The notes: generated by a model not told the origin, from the letters alone. A stretch of 63,566 bases of DNA, filler included, from Octopus bimaculoides (GCF_001194135.2; 8 parts of 8 records of this genome joined end to end with filler, not necessarily neighbours in it), one strand, 5' to 3'; shown: positions 24,969-39,163, counted from the first letter of the whole stretch. Numbers and translations: made by a program.

Positions 24969-26057
24969 ATTCAAGAGGAAAGTCCACGTGAGGCTAGAAA
25001 GAAAGAAAAAGAGAAGAAAAATAGAGAGCCAGGGGTAAAACACATGGGTTAGGTTCACATATATTTTATATATACATTTTAATAATCCTTTCTATTATAG
25101 ACAAAAGGCTTGGAATTTTAGGGAAAGGGACTAGTTAATTCCTCCGTTCCCAGCACTTGACTGGTAATTATTTCATCGACTCCGAAAGGATGAAAGACAA
25201 AGTCGACCTCGGGTGATATTTGAACTCAGGACGCAAAGAAAGACGGACTGTTGCTAAGCCTTTTCGTCCGGAGTATTAACGAGTCTACCAGCAAGCCTTC
25301 ATAAAATTTAATGCTAAACCAAAATAAGTCACAGTATGGCTGCTAGCCTAATATATTTTGTTACTCGATTATAATTTGGTTCTTCGTTTTCTGAAGGTTA
25401 TAGATGATTCAGAATGTAAACAAAAACATGTATCCAGGATAGGAGTGAATAGACGAATAACATTTTTATTACCTTATAAAATTGTCACACCTTGCTTACC
25501 ATAAAATCGTAAATAAAATATGTCGTCAATTTCATAGCAACGACCTTATGTAAATATAAACGAAAATAGAGTACAACCTTTCAAACAAAACATGTGAATT
25601 GTAAGTATTCTAAGCATTTAGAATAACATCATATAATAAGTGAAGCAAACATATTTTACGAGCAATGTTTAGTATATAAAGTGTTGTTTAAATATATATA
25701 GACTGAGAGGTGGTATATATCGTATGTCGCATGCATTTAATAACACAGCCACGATACTTTATAACTTTTTCTGCCTTTGAGATAATTAACCCGTTCCCCA
25801 CACACGTGAGAAATATATCTAGCAAGAGAGAGAGAGAGAGAGATAACGGGAGAAAGAAACATTTATACGAGAGAGAGAGGAGCAAAAAAACGATATATAT
25901 ATATATATATAATACAAAGAATATATATACATGTATACACACATATATGTACATACTTACATCTACATGTGTATATACATGCATATCAGGGTACAGGACG
26001 TTAGAACAATAAACTACAGACAACGGAACGAACACATAGGAAAACGGAAAGCCACTT

Positions 26058-26146
26058 GGAATATCCCTTCATCAGCTGTCTCTATTCTATCTAGACGTTT
26101 CGAAGACAAGACAGAACGTACTCTAGAATAGTCTCTTCCTGAGTAG
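26058..26146 (-). ncRNA. Tandem hammerhead-like relics
   Basis: cta-CTCAGGA-AGAGAC...GTCTTC-GAAAC-GTC-tag, then a second CTGATGA-AGGGATATTCC that lacks its GAAA. Confidence 0.4.
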
Positions 26147-26372
26147 TGGATCAACCCACTACACAGAGGATTCCAAGGTGGCAAACACAAACCAAGACAG
26201 GAAAAAATGGACAGTGAAAACAACATTCAAAAGCCGTACGGCCAAACGCAAATCTGAGGTAGAACGCTAGTANNNNNNNNNNNNNNNNNNNNNNNNNNNN
26301 NNNNNNNNNNNNNNNNTTAATTAATTAANNNNNNNNNNNNNNNNNNNNNNNNNNNNNNNNNNNNNNNNNNNN

Positions 26373-26400
<28 letters not shown>

Positions 26401-26404
<4 letters not shown>

Positions 26405-28986
26405 GAGATTCGTTATAGGTATAAGAATATACCATAAACAATTAGAAAAAATGGAGAAAGGATGTTGAAACAGAAATAGATTTTTTATAAAACTGGATTC
26501 AACTTGCTTTGTAAATAACCCGATTTGCCTGTGTTCTCTTATCGTATCTTTTTTATTTTTATTTTATTTTATTTTTATCTGATTTTATTTCATTTTATTA
26601 AACTTTTTTGATGACCTTTAAACGATTCCTCACCGATGAGAATGACAATGCATAAATTAAATTCAAAATTTTATTTTTATTCTTTATTTTAATTTTTCAT
26701 TTTCAATTATAGTTATAATCACTATGATTAAAATTTTTCCTCCATTTTTGTATTGTTTTTCGAAACGTAAGTATGCATTGAATCTAGTTTTATAATAAAT
26801 CTATTTCTGTTTCAACATGTTTTCTCCATTTTTTATACTTGTTTATGGTACATTCTTATACCTATTACAAGTCTCCTCAAATATTATTTTCATATTCTTA
26901 TCACCTGTTTTGGCTGCTTTTCATGAATATGATGAATCCTTATTAGAAAAAACGCTTTCTCTTTTTTTGGATCCCCCCAAAGTTTGAATTGTTCTTTTTG
27001 AACATACCTTTTCTCACATATGCATCTGCTTACTATTATACAACATTGTAATAAGTAAGAAGTCGATTTCTAATAAAATATTTAAAAATGGAGAAGATAA
27101 ATTTGGAAGCATGTCTTAAATACATCCTCTTACCCACACGTAAGGACTATTTTTAAGGTATGGGTAAATTACACGATATCACTAAAAGAATAAGATGGAA
27201 AGCGTTCTTCTTTGACAAACACTATAGCACAGATGAAATAAAACAGGTTACCAAAAATGAACTCTCAGATATTAGAAAGAATTTTAAATCTAGACGTAAC
27301 CTTCCTGCTAATAGGATAATTGTAAATTTTGAAAACGATCTTTGGAGCTTACTACGCAATATTAAGTTTAAGAAAAATGACCCAAAGAAAAATCACCTAC
27401 GATTCGTGAGGAATAAGGTCAACCAGCTTCAACTAGCACAAGGTATCATTGTCCAATCAGATAAAAAGGAAACCTATATAATATTGATAATGACTTATAC
27501 AACAAACATCTACATAGAGAGATAACAAGCAAATATAAATTCATCAGTAAAGCGAAGATGTTCTTAAAAACAACAACTCAACAGCCAAGAGGATAATGAG
27601 TGACTACAAAATTGATGACGTCACTGAAATATACCAACCTTCTAGACCCAGGATTACCCTGAAGTACCAAAAATCAAATTTTCATTCAGATCCTAAAATG
27701 CGGCTAAATTGTCCTTGTAAGTCAGACATTGGAAAACTTAGTAAACTTATATACCTTAATGTCCTTAAATCAGAAATTAAATTCCACCTACGGTCAAAAA
27801 AACTGGAAACTATAAGATGGTTTCAATGCTTAAATGACAAGAAGAAATCAAAATTCATTCAATTTGACATTGATAGTTATCAATCAATCGATTTGTCCTA
27901 TTCTACTTAATAAGGCTCTTATTTTCGCAAGGAATAGGACTGACCTATCAATAAAGTAAATAAAAATTATATTTGAGGCGAAGAAGACCATAATTTGTCA
28001 CTAAGGAATATTTTGGACCAGAAATGACGCACCAGACCGCTTTGATATACCAATGGGCGCGCAAGATTGAACCGATGTCACAGACTTAGTCGGGATTTAT
28101 TTACTACAACTACTCCATGAATAACTCCCGGAATTTGAAGGTGATCTCTATAGGGATGATGCCCTGTTTGTAGTTCGAAATACCTTTAACCGTAAAACTG
28201 AAATTTGTCAGAAGAGATTATACAAATTTTTCAAAAGCTATGGCTTACCATCACTATTCAGCAGGATCACACTTCCGTGAACTTCCTGGTCGCAAACTTT
28301 AACTTCGCTGCATCATCTTACCAACCATACCATAAACCTAATAGCAAGGTCACTTATATACATGCGCAGAGCAATCATTCTTCCAACATTCTTGATAACA
28401 TACCTTATAACATTGAAAATAGAATTAACTATTTGTCCTCAAATGAAGAAATTTTTAATAAGCATAAAGACTATTACAATATTGCTCTTGGGAATGCTGG
28501 TTACAAATATCAAATTAAGTACAACATAACTAACAACGAGTCGCCCAATCATACCAACCGCTATGCGGATATAAAGTCCAACAAACGCACCATAAATTCC
28601 AAGAACCATCATGAACCGGAACACCCTGGCACACAACTTAATTCTATGAAGTATATTTTGTAAAGATAACTCCGCCAAAAATAGGAAAAAAAATCACCAC
28701 CTTCAGACCAATTAACAAGACTTATACTAAACAAATTCATACCAATGCAATTACTTCTAATGATAATATTAACAATAATAATGTAAACAATTGTAATATT
28801 ACAGACAGTCATTACGGGAAAAAACATTAATATAGCTGGAAATAGTAACACGAAACAATGTCTTTTCACAAAAAAAATCTTCTCATTTCTTCGCTTACTC
28901 TTAATTTCCCACACAACTGCATAATTCATTTGAAGGATGTTCAATACTTTAATAATAATAATAATATTAATAATAGTGATAATTAC

Positions 28987-29021
<35 letters not shown>

Positions 29022-31480
29022 GGAAGAAAAAAAGAAAAAAAGAGAAGAAAGAAGAAAAAAAATGCTTTCTAATTGATGTATTAATACCAGCAGATGACAA
29101 CGTTTCTCTAAAAGAAATGGAAAAACTTTCAAAATACAAAGACCTGGAAATAGAGGTAACTCGAATGTGGAATCTAAAAACAGAAACAATTCCTATCATA
29201 GTAGGTGCCTTAGGTATAATAAAAAAATATTCAGACAAATACATAACATAAACACCAGGACTTACAAATATATATAACATACAGAAAATTGCACTACTGG
29301 GCACTGCACACATCCTACGCAAAACACTTTCAATACAGTAACCATAAGACCATCACCGCAAACCACAGCACATACCCAAGGCACACAGAGCTGCGCTCGG
29401 TAGTGAAGTGAAAGCACGTTATAAAAATAAAACTACTGAACAATAATAATAATAATAATAATGATAATAATAATAGTAATGATAACAACAATAATAAGAA
29501 TAATATTAGTAACGCTAGTGATAATAGGAGAGGCAAAAAGAAACCTATACCATATATTCGAATGGGTGAGCCGCATAATAAAAACCAATATACCAGCAAG
29601 AAACACAATAATAACATGGATTATATTCCCTTTTGCTAAACATCTGAAGCAAAATTTTATAATTCTATTCGTTCTATTATTAAATCTATTTTTTAGTAAA
29701 TCTAGGTATGCTGGGATATTCAATAACAGACAGATTAGATTTGGCTTTTCTGTTTCTCCTAACGTATTTAGGATTATTTCTTCCTTTAACAATAGAAACC
29801 TAAATCTTTACTACAAGAATTTGACCTCCTCGACTACTAATACAAATCCAAATATTTCAAATAGCTCTGCATTGTCTACCAACGATTCCCATATTCACAT
29901 AAACTCTTCCTCTATCAACAGACATAAAAATAGTACTCCTAATATTAATAACAATTGTAACTGTAGAAACCCTAACCTGTGAGGTTAAAGGTAATTGTAA
30001 AATAAAAAATGTTGTATATAAAGCTATTATTACAACACATGATCTCTCTAGGTTTCATTATATAGGTTGCACGCAGACCCCTTTTAAATTACGTTTGAAT
30101 AATCATAAATCATCTTTTAATGATCCTCGGAAAGAAAGTAGTACTAGTTTATCCAAAAAGGTATAGCAACTTAAAAGATACAGCTTAAACTTTTCTTAAT
30201 TTCTTGGAATATTGTTTCTTCTTCCCATTCTTATAGGATTAGAAATAGAACTTGTCCACTATGCCTAGAGGAGTCTTATCAACTATGAAAATGAACGGTT
30301 CTATCTTAAATTTGAGAGATGAAAGATTTTTTTCATGTAAGCATATGCCAAAATTTCTCTTCATTATCCTTAAATAGTTTTGTTGATTACTTCCTCCCTT
30401 TTTTATTCTCAGGTTTTTAGTGTATGTTTATCTTCTCGGTGTGTGCTTCTATGTATGTTTTCCGGTGTGACTATGCTTATGCACTAGTGTTCTTCGTTAT
30501 ATATATATGTTTGTATGTGCACAAGTACACATGCATGTATATGTGTGTACTTCTTCTTATGTCATGTGTGTCTGTGTACATGTATGCATATAGGTATGTA
30601 TATGTGTATATATATTTATACATATATATATATATATGCGTTTTTTTTTTGTAGTGAATGCGTGCTCCTTTATTATTTTTTATATGTTTGTATCCATCCC
30701 TTACACATGCAGCCTTATGTATGTGTGTGGGGCTATGTGCACATGTGTCATATATGGTGTATGTGTTGCGTATGTATCTATGCGCCTATGTTTCAATGTA
30801 TATTCCTTATGTGTTATGTTTATGGTTTTCCTCTAATACTTGCGAATTATTTAATACATATGCTTCTCCTTGATATATTCGTCTTTGTTTCTTATCTTTT
30901 TGCGATAATTTTTCAATTACCTCCCCTACCCCTGGCAATGTTTTTTAGTGGAGAAATTCTGTTGAACGCACCGGCCTACCCTGTTTTTGATCGCCGTCTC
31001 TCTTTGAAAAGAAACTTTGCTTTTGTTTTTGTCTCTGCTTTCATTCTTAAACATAGTCTTGTTCATCAGCTTTAAGCTTCTGGCAAATATTATATATATG
31101 CGTATATAGATATATATTTACTTGTTTTTCAATAGTATTATTATGTATACGTATAACCCTCTATGGCTTTCTTATGCTAGTGAAATTGTTACAGTGTACT
31201 CTAATAATCACACGTGGCCTCGTTCACACTTTATTTCGTCAAGAACGGTATTTAGTATTATTATTTCTATAAACACATCTATAAGATTCTTATATTTCTG
31301 TTTCAACATCTTTTCTCCATTTCTTATACTTGTTTTTGGTATAATTTTCTCAAATATTAGTTTCATATTCTTATTATCTGCTTTGACTGATTTTCACGAA
31401 TATGATAAATCCTTATTAGAAATCACCTTTTCTCTTTTTCTTGGATCCCCTAAAAAGTTTGAATTGTTCTTTTTGATCTT
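26401..31480 (+). mobile_element. Penelope-like retroelement (RT plus C-terminal GIY-YIG), decayed, with terminal repeats
   Basis: MEKINL..KRIRWKAFFF (27088), KFIQFDIDSY, FDIPMG..DLVGIYLL, LYRDDALF, YIHAQSNH. GIY-YIG: CNCR..C..KNVVYKA..YIGCTQTPFKLRLNNHKSSF..CPLCLEE..CKH (29950-30390). Direct repeat 26800-27003 / 31295-31478. Inverted repeat 26401-26505 / 26775-26879. Motifs resemble the Naiad/Neptune type from recollection, unverified. Confidence 0.9.
29021..29438 (+). mobile_element. 5'-truncated non-LTR element with restriction-like endonuclease (R4/Dong- or HERO/NeSL-like), nested in the Penelope element
   Basis: KKCFLIDVLIPADDNVSLKEMEKLSKYKDLEIEVTRMWNLKTETIPIIVGALG...QKIALLGTAHILRKTL*. 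(AAT)n on both sides. Confidence 0.88.
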
Positions 31481-32334
31481 AAAAAAAATGAAGCTAGTAA
31501 AATTAGGGCAACATTTCTTTTCTAGATAGAAGATTCCGTGATATAATAATTGCTCAAAGCGGGGAACTCACCTACGTACTCATCAGGCCGGAGATACATT
31601 GTTTATATGAACGTCCTATTGTCTTTGGGTTTCCTTAACGACGAAGTAAACTAATATATACTTTGATTATCTTTGCGATGATATTTGAAATGTTACCAAT
31701 AAAATATTGGAGATATTAGACATAGAAACAAAAATAGAACCGAAAAGTATTAGGAGTGTTAGCATAGTTTTCGAAAACAGGATATATAAACAATGAGAAA
31801 TAGCTAGGCTATTCTTTAAAGAATTATATGGTAGTAGGAAACATAAAGGAGAATATCCAAATAAGGAATTGCGATTAAAGTAATTGATTATTTCGGCAAA
31901 TATAGCTAATGTAATTTTGATGTATGGACGGTTTTGTATGATTCTGAAAATTTGAAACGTGAAGCCTCTGGATATTGGAGTGTTGGACGCGTCAAAGGTT
32001 ATAATATCTGACGGAATAATGTAATGTAATAGATGCGTTGTGATTCACGGGTTATGTTCCCTAGATTATGCTAGGTATGTGTGTGTGTGTGGGTAAGTGT
32101 GTGGGCCTACTGAAAGTATTTTATCATACAGTGAAAGAGGAAAATGTTTGTACGTTCGTGGAAGCTTGACAAAGTTTATATAATTTACTTTTTAAATTAT
32201 AGGATAAACCAAATTCAGCCGGTAATTTCTTATATATATATAAGTGTATGCCTATCTATGTGTATACGTACATAAATATACGGCTATATATAACGATTGG
32301 TTATATGGTTATATATGTATATATGCATACATTT

Positions 32335-32397
<63 letters not shown>

Positions 32398-32407
32398 CAT
32401 TTGTATG

Positions 32408-32449
<42 letters not shown>

Positions 32450-32669
32450 TACATTATATACATACATACATATGTATGCATATATAATGGATACACGCAC
32501 ACGCGCGCACGCACGCACGCTCACGCGCACACAGACACACATATATACGTGCATATATACACACATTCCGAAACACACACCCATTCACAAGCTTTCTGGT
32601 AAATGGTAAGCAAGCTGATGGAGGGAATAATTTACCCAATCCATAAACAGAGAAGAAGAGGAGATTCCA

Positions 32670-33240
32670 AAAACTGTAGGCCTATTTACCTGACTTCAAA
32701 GTCATGGAACGGATAGTCAGAGGGAAACTAATCGCATTCCTTGAAGCAAGTAACTTGCTACACAGCATGGCTTTCGACCAGGTAGGAGCTGCCTCACTCA
32801 GTTCTTACTCAACAACTCAAATGCGGACGTAACATACCTTGATCTTGCAAAAGCTTTTGACAAAGTGGATCTGGGCATAGATGGAAAACTTGGAGATGGT
32901 TACATGACTTTCTGAAAAATAGATGTCAGGCAGTAGTGGCCGATGGAGCCACCTCAAAGAAAGCACAAATAGTGAACGGTGTTCGATAGGGCACTGTCTT
33001 GGAACCACTGCTTTTCAGAGTGACCCTCTGCTTTTTCAGAGTGACCACTGATTTTCAGAGATATACCCTCAACTGCCCGGATAACAACCCTTGCTAGCTA
33101 CGCAGAGGATATGAATGCCTCGCAGAAAATACAGAGCCTCAGCGATGTTGTATATCTGCAGCAGGAGTTGGATTCAATTTACAAATGTGCTGAGATAATA
33201 ATAAACCAATCTACAAAAAGAGAGCAATTAGGTTGGCATA
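32670..33240 (+). mobile_element. CR1-like LINE RT fragment, heavily decayed
   Basis: RPIYLTS..VMERIV, HGFRPGRSCLTQ, YLDLAKAFDKVD, FLKNRCQAVV, GV..GTVLEPLLF, SYAEDM, LQQELDSIYK. Confidence 0.88.
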
Positions 33241-33984
33241 GCCATTTATTGGATTTGAATTACAACTGCATATCACATACAATCAATTGCAGCATCGTGG
33301 AAAAATCTACGTCTTATATTAAGAGATCGAAGAAACGTAATCTATGTGTAGCAGGAGAATCGAACATTTTCAGATCTTAGCATGCCACTACAATATTTAG
33401 TTCCGGATTCGAACAAGAAGACATGACCCTCTTTGGATTGAAAGGCTGTCTCCTTGATTTTGCCTTATTTCTCATTGAATTATGCTATACTAGCTACATT
33501 GGAGAATGCGGTCGCATTTTATATACAATATATATATCAAATAGACAGAAATAATTAGTTATATATATATATATATNNNNNNNNNNNNNNNNNNNNNNNN
33601 NNNNNNNNNNNNNNNNNNNNNNNNNNNNNNNNNNNNNNNNNNNNNNNNNNNNNNNNNNNNNNNNNNNNNNNNNNNNNNNNNNNNNNNNNNNNNNNNNNNN
33701 NNNNNNNNNNNNNNNNNNNNNNNNNNNNNNNNNNNNNNNNNNNNNNNNNNNNNNNNNNNNNNNNNNNNNNNNNNNNNNNNNNNNNNNNNNNNNNNNNNNN
33801 NNNNNNNNNNNNNNNNNNNNNNNNNNNNNNNNNNNNNNNNNNNNNNNNNNNNNNNNNNNNNNNNNNNNNNNNNNNNNNNNNNNNNNNNNNNNNNNNNNNN
33901 NNNNNNTATATATATATATATATATATATATTTTGGTGATGATTTTTTGAGTTAGCTTACCAGTTATTTTTGTTGGTATTTAAC

Positions 33985-34020
<36 letters not shown>

Positions 34021-34254
34021 ATATAAATATATATAAATTTATTTATTATACGCTTACTGCTGTTTCAGATATGTACTTCGGTCCGTTCATGGTTCCTATT
34101 TGAAAATGATAGTTCAGCTGCCAAAGAAATAGAAGAAAAGAAAGCAGATTGACTTTTGTGTGAGGCATATATACAGTGTTAGATCGCCATTAATCTTAAT
34201 CTTAACAAGATAAACAACAATAGCTGCAACGGTAGCAACAATAATGTTCATAAT

Positions 34255-35410
34255 AATATTATATACCCTAGGCACACAGCCTGAAATTTTGAGGAGAGCT
34301 GGCTAGTCTATTGCATCGCTCCCAGCAATTGGTTGCTATTTATTTTATCTCTCGTGAAACGATGAAAGGTAAAGTCGACCTCGGTGGAATTTCAACTCAG
34401 AACGTAAAGACTGACGAAGTTTCTCTGAGAATTTTGCCCGGCATGCTAACAGTTCCACCATCTCACCGCTTTAACAACAACAAGAACAACAACAACAACA
34501 ACAATAATAATAATAATCCTGTGTATTGGAGGCACAAGGCCAGAGATTTGTGGCGAGGGGACCACTCGATCACATCGTATCCAGTGTTTCACTGGTACTT
34601 AATTTATCGACCTCCAAAAGGATGAATCGCAAGGTCGAACTCGGTGGTAGTTGAACTCAGAACTTGCAGACACGCGAAATGCCGCTAAGCCGTCTTGACA
34701 ACAGCACCAGCCAGAACAATAGGACCACAACAACAACAAAAACACCACCAACAATAATAATAATAATAATAGAAGAAGAAGAAGAAGAAGAAGAAGAAGA
34801 AGAAGAAGAAGAAGAAGAAGAAGAAGAAGAAGGTAGCCACACAAACAAGTAGCGAAAGTGCTACATTGGAAATTGTGCAAAAAGTGGGGTCTAGAGAGAG
34901 GCAAGTCGTAGTTTGATGACATACAGTAGAGAGTAGAGTGGTCAGAAACTAGCAAAGTCCTCTGGAATTTCCCAATCCAAACAGATCAGGTGCTAGAGCA
35001 TAAAAGATTGGACATAGTGGTGGGGGACAAGGTGCTCCACATATACTATATAGTTGGTGTTGTATACCCTTTTTGACCCATGAGTAGTCAAGAAAGAAGG
35101 CGAAATGTAAATAGATTCAACCCTTTTAAGTACGAAATAGCCCAGCAATGGAAAACGAAAGTGAAGGTAGTGCCAATTATTGTTGGCACTAATAACTTCT
35201 ATTATAGGCACACGGCCTGAAATGTTTGGGGAGTGAGCCAGCCGATTAGATTGACCGCAGTATGCAATTGGTACATAAGTTATTGACCTCGAAAGGATGG
35301 AAGGCAAAGTCGACCTCGGTGGAATTTGAACTCAAAGCGTAATGACGGGCTAAATACCGCTAAGCGTTTCGCCCGGCGTGCTAACGATTCTGCCAGTTCG
35401 CCGACTTAAT
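34255..35410 (-). mobile_element. Three SINE family E copies (about 34255-34480, 34520-34720, 35180-35410) with AAC/AAT/GAA microsatellites
   Basis: Repeated GGCACA(A/C)GGCC...AAAGTCGACCTCGGTGGAATTT motif. Confidence 0.75.
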
Positions 35411-35422
35411 ACGAATTTAAAT

Positions 35423-35880
35423 CCGGAGGAACCATCTAAAATGATAATGCAAAGATCCTATGGGATTTTATGATTGAGTGCGACCATGTGATATAAAATA
35501 GGAAGCCGTCAATTGAGAAAGAAAGCAAACGATGCTGGATCATAGATATAGCATACCCAGCTGACAACAAGGTATGCGATAAGGAAGAAAGAATAGTCGA
35601 TAGATATGACAGGTTACTTTGGGAGGTTAAGCAGTTGTGGCCAGTGAAAAAGGTGGTAGTAGCACCAATAATTGTCGGAGCCCTGGGAACAGTGAGTAGA
35701 AATTTTGAGAAGTACATGGAAGAAATAGTGGCTGCAATGCAGGTGAGAAAACAGCACTGCTTGGAACCTTTCGAATACTCCGGAAGGTGCTCGAAAAATA
35801 AGGGGTGACACCATTAGTTTACTGGTAGTGAACAGCTAACACAAAAGTATCCCGAGCTTTAGAAGATGTGCAAATACTTT
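35423..35880 (+). mobile_element. Second RLE-type non-LTR 3' fragment with (AAT)n(GAT)n tail
   Basis: NDNAKILWDFMIECDH..RCWIIDIAYPADNKV..YDRLLWEVKQLW..PIIVGALGTV..TALLGTFRILRKVLEK*. Confidence 0.88.
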
Positions 35881-35881
35881 A

Positions 35882-35956
<75 letters not shown>

Positions 35957-35958
<2 letters not shown>

Positions 35959-36474
35959 CATTTGCCACAAGGGTTAAGGATGAGAGGGGCAATATAGAGA
36001 GAAATATAAAATGTGGGGGTGTACAGATAATGATGAAATGATAAAAAAAGAAGCAGTATACCCGGTATACACTAAAACAGAAGGGAGACATGCATAACAT
36101 ACAAAGGTATAAAAAATGGGTGGGTAGGATGATAGTGATGTGACTATCCTAAACAGGAACGCCTCTAGGTATAATCGAGGGACCTTTCTATCCGAGATTT
36201 CCCTGAAACCCCAGGAGCAAGTGCCTTCTCCGACTTCACTTATAGAGGTACCATCGACTCTTGTCATTTCCGCAACTTTCACCCACCTGTCAATAAACTT
36301 CCTCGAGTACAGCACTTCCTCCTCCATTCTCCATTTCCTATTCGAGTGGGACTTGAAGTAGTCAATGAGAGCTCTACAAAAGAGGAATGTATGTGTTCTC
36401 ATTCCTTTCAGCCTTGTCCATTAAACAACCTCTTTCGCCACAGCCACCAGGCAAAGGAAAACTACCGTGCCTAC
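35957..36474 (-). mobile_element. Tx1-like LINE 3' fragment (ORF2 C-terminus and 3' UTR)
   Basis: CLVAVAKEVV*WTRLKG..ALIDYFKSHSNRKWRMEEEVL..FIDRWVKVAEMTRVDG. Ends at (ATC)n/(ATT)n. Confidence 0.65.
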
Positions 36475-37782
36475 TAAATTGAAATATTAGTTCTAACTAT
36501 TTCTGTTAAATTCTTTGTACTTATATAAATTCTTGGCAATTAATTAGATATTGATAGTTCAAGCTCTAAAAAATTTAGTAATGCAACGGCTACCTGTTGG
36601 TTTGTAGATTTGCAAATATTACCTTTTCACATAACTTGCAATAAAATATAGCGGTCGACGTGAATTGCCTCCCATTGACCTAACATAGTCACCAATATAT
36701 AGCGCTAAACGCAAAAAGCCTGTCGCTGAACATGATGAGAGCTTAGGGCAGCAGATTTCTTTATTGGATCTAATACTACTAATCCGTGGTAAAAGAGGAT
36801 GATAGCTTAATGTTAGAAACAGACGACCATCATTTGTAAAGATACGACACTCAATAAATTTCTTTTTTTTCTTTTCTCTTTTTTCTGTGTTGATTTGTTT
36901 GAAATATCTTTAAAAACTGTATTAATTGCAACATATATAAAATTTGTGATAATTTACACATTTAAAATGTGTCTATTATCAGCAACACACAGAAAACATC
37001 ACTTTATATATTTTAAGCATTAGATGTTACTATCTTACGCATATGCATGCTTATGAACAGATGTATTCACATCTAAACATGTTCACAGACGAGCATGTAT
37101 ATATGCGCGTGCGTTTGACAGAGAGCGAGAGAGACATAGACAAACAGGCAGGGAGAGGCGGAATTAGAGAAAGAGACGTCAGGGAGAGTAACAATTTGAG
37201 AGAGAGTCAAAGCTACCGAAAATGATTTCCATTCATAAAGATTTGGTTTGGAAATAAGCTTTAGAGAACTGTGTTTGCATGTGCGGACACATATACATGT
37301 ATACCAACCTTTATCAATTTTATTTCAATATAGGCAAGAAAGCATTGTAGATGTAACATTTGACGATTTGTGGTCGGTTGGATAACTGTGGACATACGAG
37401 ACATCGTGACCTTCCAACAACACAAAATAATAAAGAAAGGAAGAAGTCCTTACAAATCAGCATTTTCGATGTTATATACATCCAACTCCCACTTGCCACA
37501 TTTGTAGGCGTGAAGCAAATTAAAATTATTTTTGCAGGAAATGTCCAAAGAATAAAAAGAAAAAACAACTGAAATTTTAGAGTTAGTCTGTTAAGAGTGA
37601 CAGAGCACAACACGTGCATCAGCAAATATAGCTGTGCGGTAACCACGCCCAATCTGGACACCAGGACAGTCGGAGATAAATTTAGTTTCCAAGCACAAAC
37701 CAACCCAGTAAAAGTGACACACAATCTTCTTTGTAACGGAAGAGGAAAAGCAGACATCTTAAAGGATCCTTTCTTTTATTCC

Positions 37783-38335
37783 TTCATTTGTTTCACTCAA
37801 TTGACTGCGGCCATGCTGGAGCACCGCCTTTAGTCGAGAAAATCGACCCCAGAACTTATTCTTTGTAAGTCTAGTACTTATTCTATAGGTCTCTTTGCCG
37901 AACCGCTAAGTTACGGTGACGTAAGCACACAAGCATCGGTCGTCAAGCGATTTTGGGGAGACAACCAAAGACACATAANNNNNNNNNNNNNNNNNNNNNN
38001 NNNNNNNNNNNNNNNNNNNNNNNNNNNNNNNNNNNNNNNNNNNNNNNNNNNNNNNNNNNNNNNNNNNNNNNNNNNNNNNNNNNNNNNNNNNNNNNNNNNN
38101 NNNNNNNNNNNNNNNNNNNNNNNNNNNNNNNNNNNNNNNNNNNNNNNNNNNNNNNNNNNNNNNNNNNNNNNNNNNNNNNNNNNNNNNNNNNNNTATATAC
38201 AAGGTTTTTTTTCAGTTTCTGCCGACCAAATCCGCTCCCAAGGCTTGGGTCACCCCGAGGCTAGAGGCGAAGACACTTGCCCAAGGTGCCACGCCGTGGG
38301 ACTGAACCCGAAACCATGTGGTTGGTAAGCAAGCT
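37783..38335 (-). mobile_element. SINE family A, gap at the internal microsatellite
   Basis: 3' module 37783-37977 and head 38195-38335 match 20727-21140. Confidence 0.85.
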
Positions 38336-39128
38336 AAATATATAAATTCTTGCAAGAAGAAAATATCTTGTGATGGTGACCCAGTTTTTGTTCTAGAAAT
38401 AGAAAAAGCAGGGCATTCACTTGCTCATTTATTCTAGCCAAACCCACGCTGACTCTTATAATTCACGACTTTGGGATGGGTTGACTGGTTTTTATATACT
38501 CGATGATGGCAGAAATACATTTTTAATCGACACCTCGAATTGCGATGTTGAACTTCACAGTGAGAGAAACCATAATGTTAGGATATGCAATTAAATAATG
38601 CTAGACATTTTATTTAATATTTGAAAGATATCTCCCAACACTATCGATAATGTTGATGGTGGCGAGGAGAATAAGAAATATAGCAACAAATATATATGAA
38701 CAGCGGTGGATAGAAATGCGGATTTCATAGTTATTACATTGGAGACATGTGCTATCGTCCATTTTATTCGGAAACTAAAATTGTATTTGACGTAAGGTTG
38801 AGGTAATTTCTTACTAATAAACATCTTACAGACTCTGTCACTCTTAGCTTTCATCACAGACGAAGTCCATAAAACTAAATCTTGCTATTATGCAACCTAT
38901 ATATCGATAGAAATAAACGTTCAGCTATATTCGCAAGCATAAATTCATATAAGGATATACACGCACATGCACACACATTATATGTGTGTTTGTGCGGAGT
39001 AAGTGCGTGTGTGTGTTTTAGTGCGCATTTACGTGTGTGTTTATAATATTCTCAAATATATGTATAATGCATGTATGTATGTGGTTACATACATACATAC
39101 AAACGTAAAAAATTATTTGCAAATACAA

Positions 39129-39163
<35 letters not shown>

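Noticed and set aside
26317-26328. TTAATTAATTAA islands inside N runs (also 39208, 50872, 53613, 55897, 59913, 62175)
   Set aside because: Identical 12-mer giving stops in all six frames, centred in ~100-bp pads. This is an assembly spacer, not biology.
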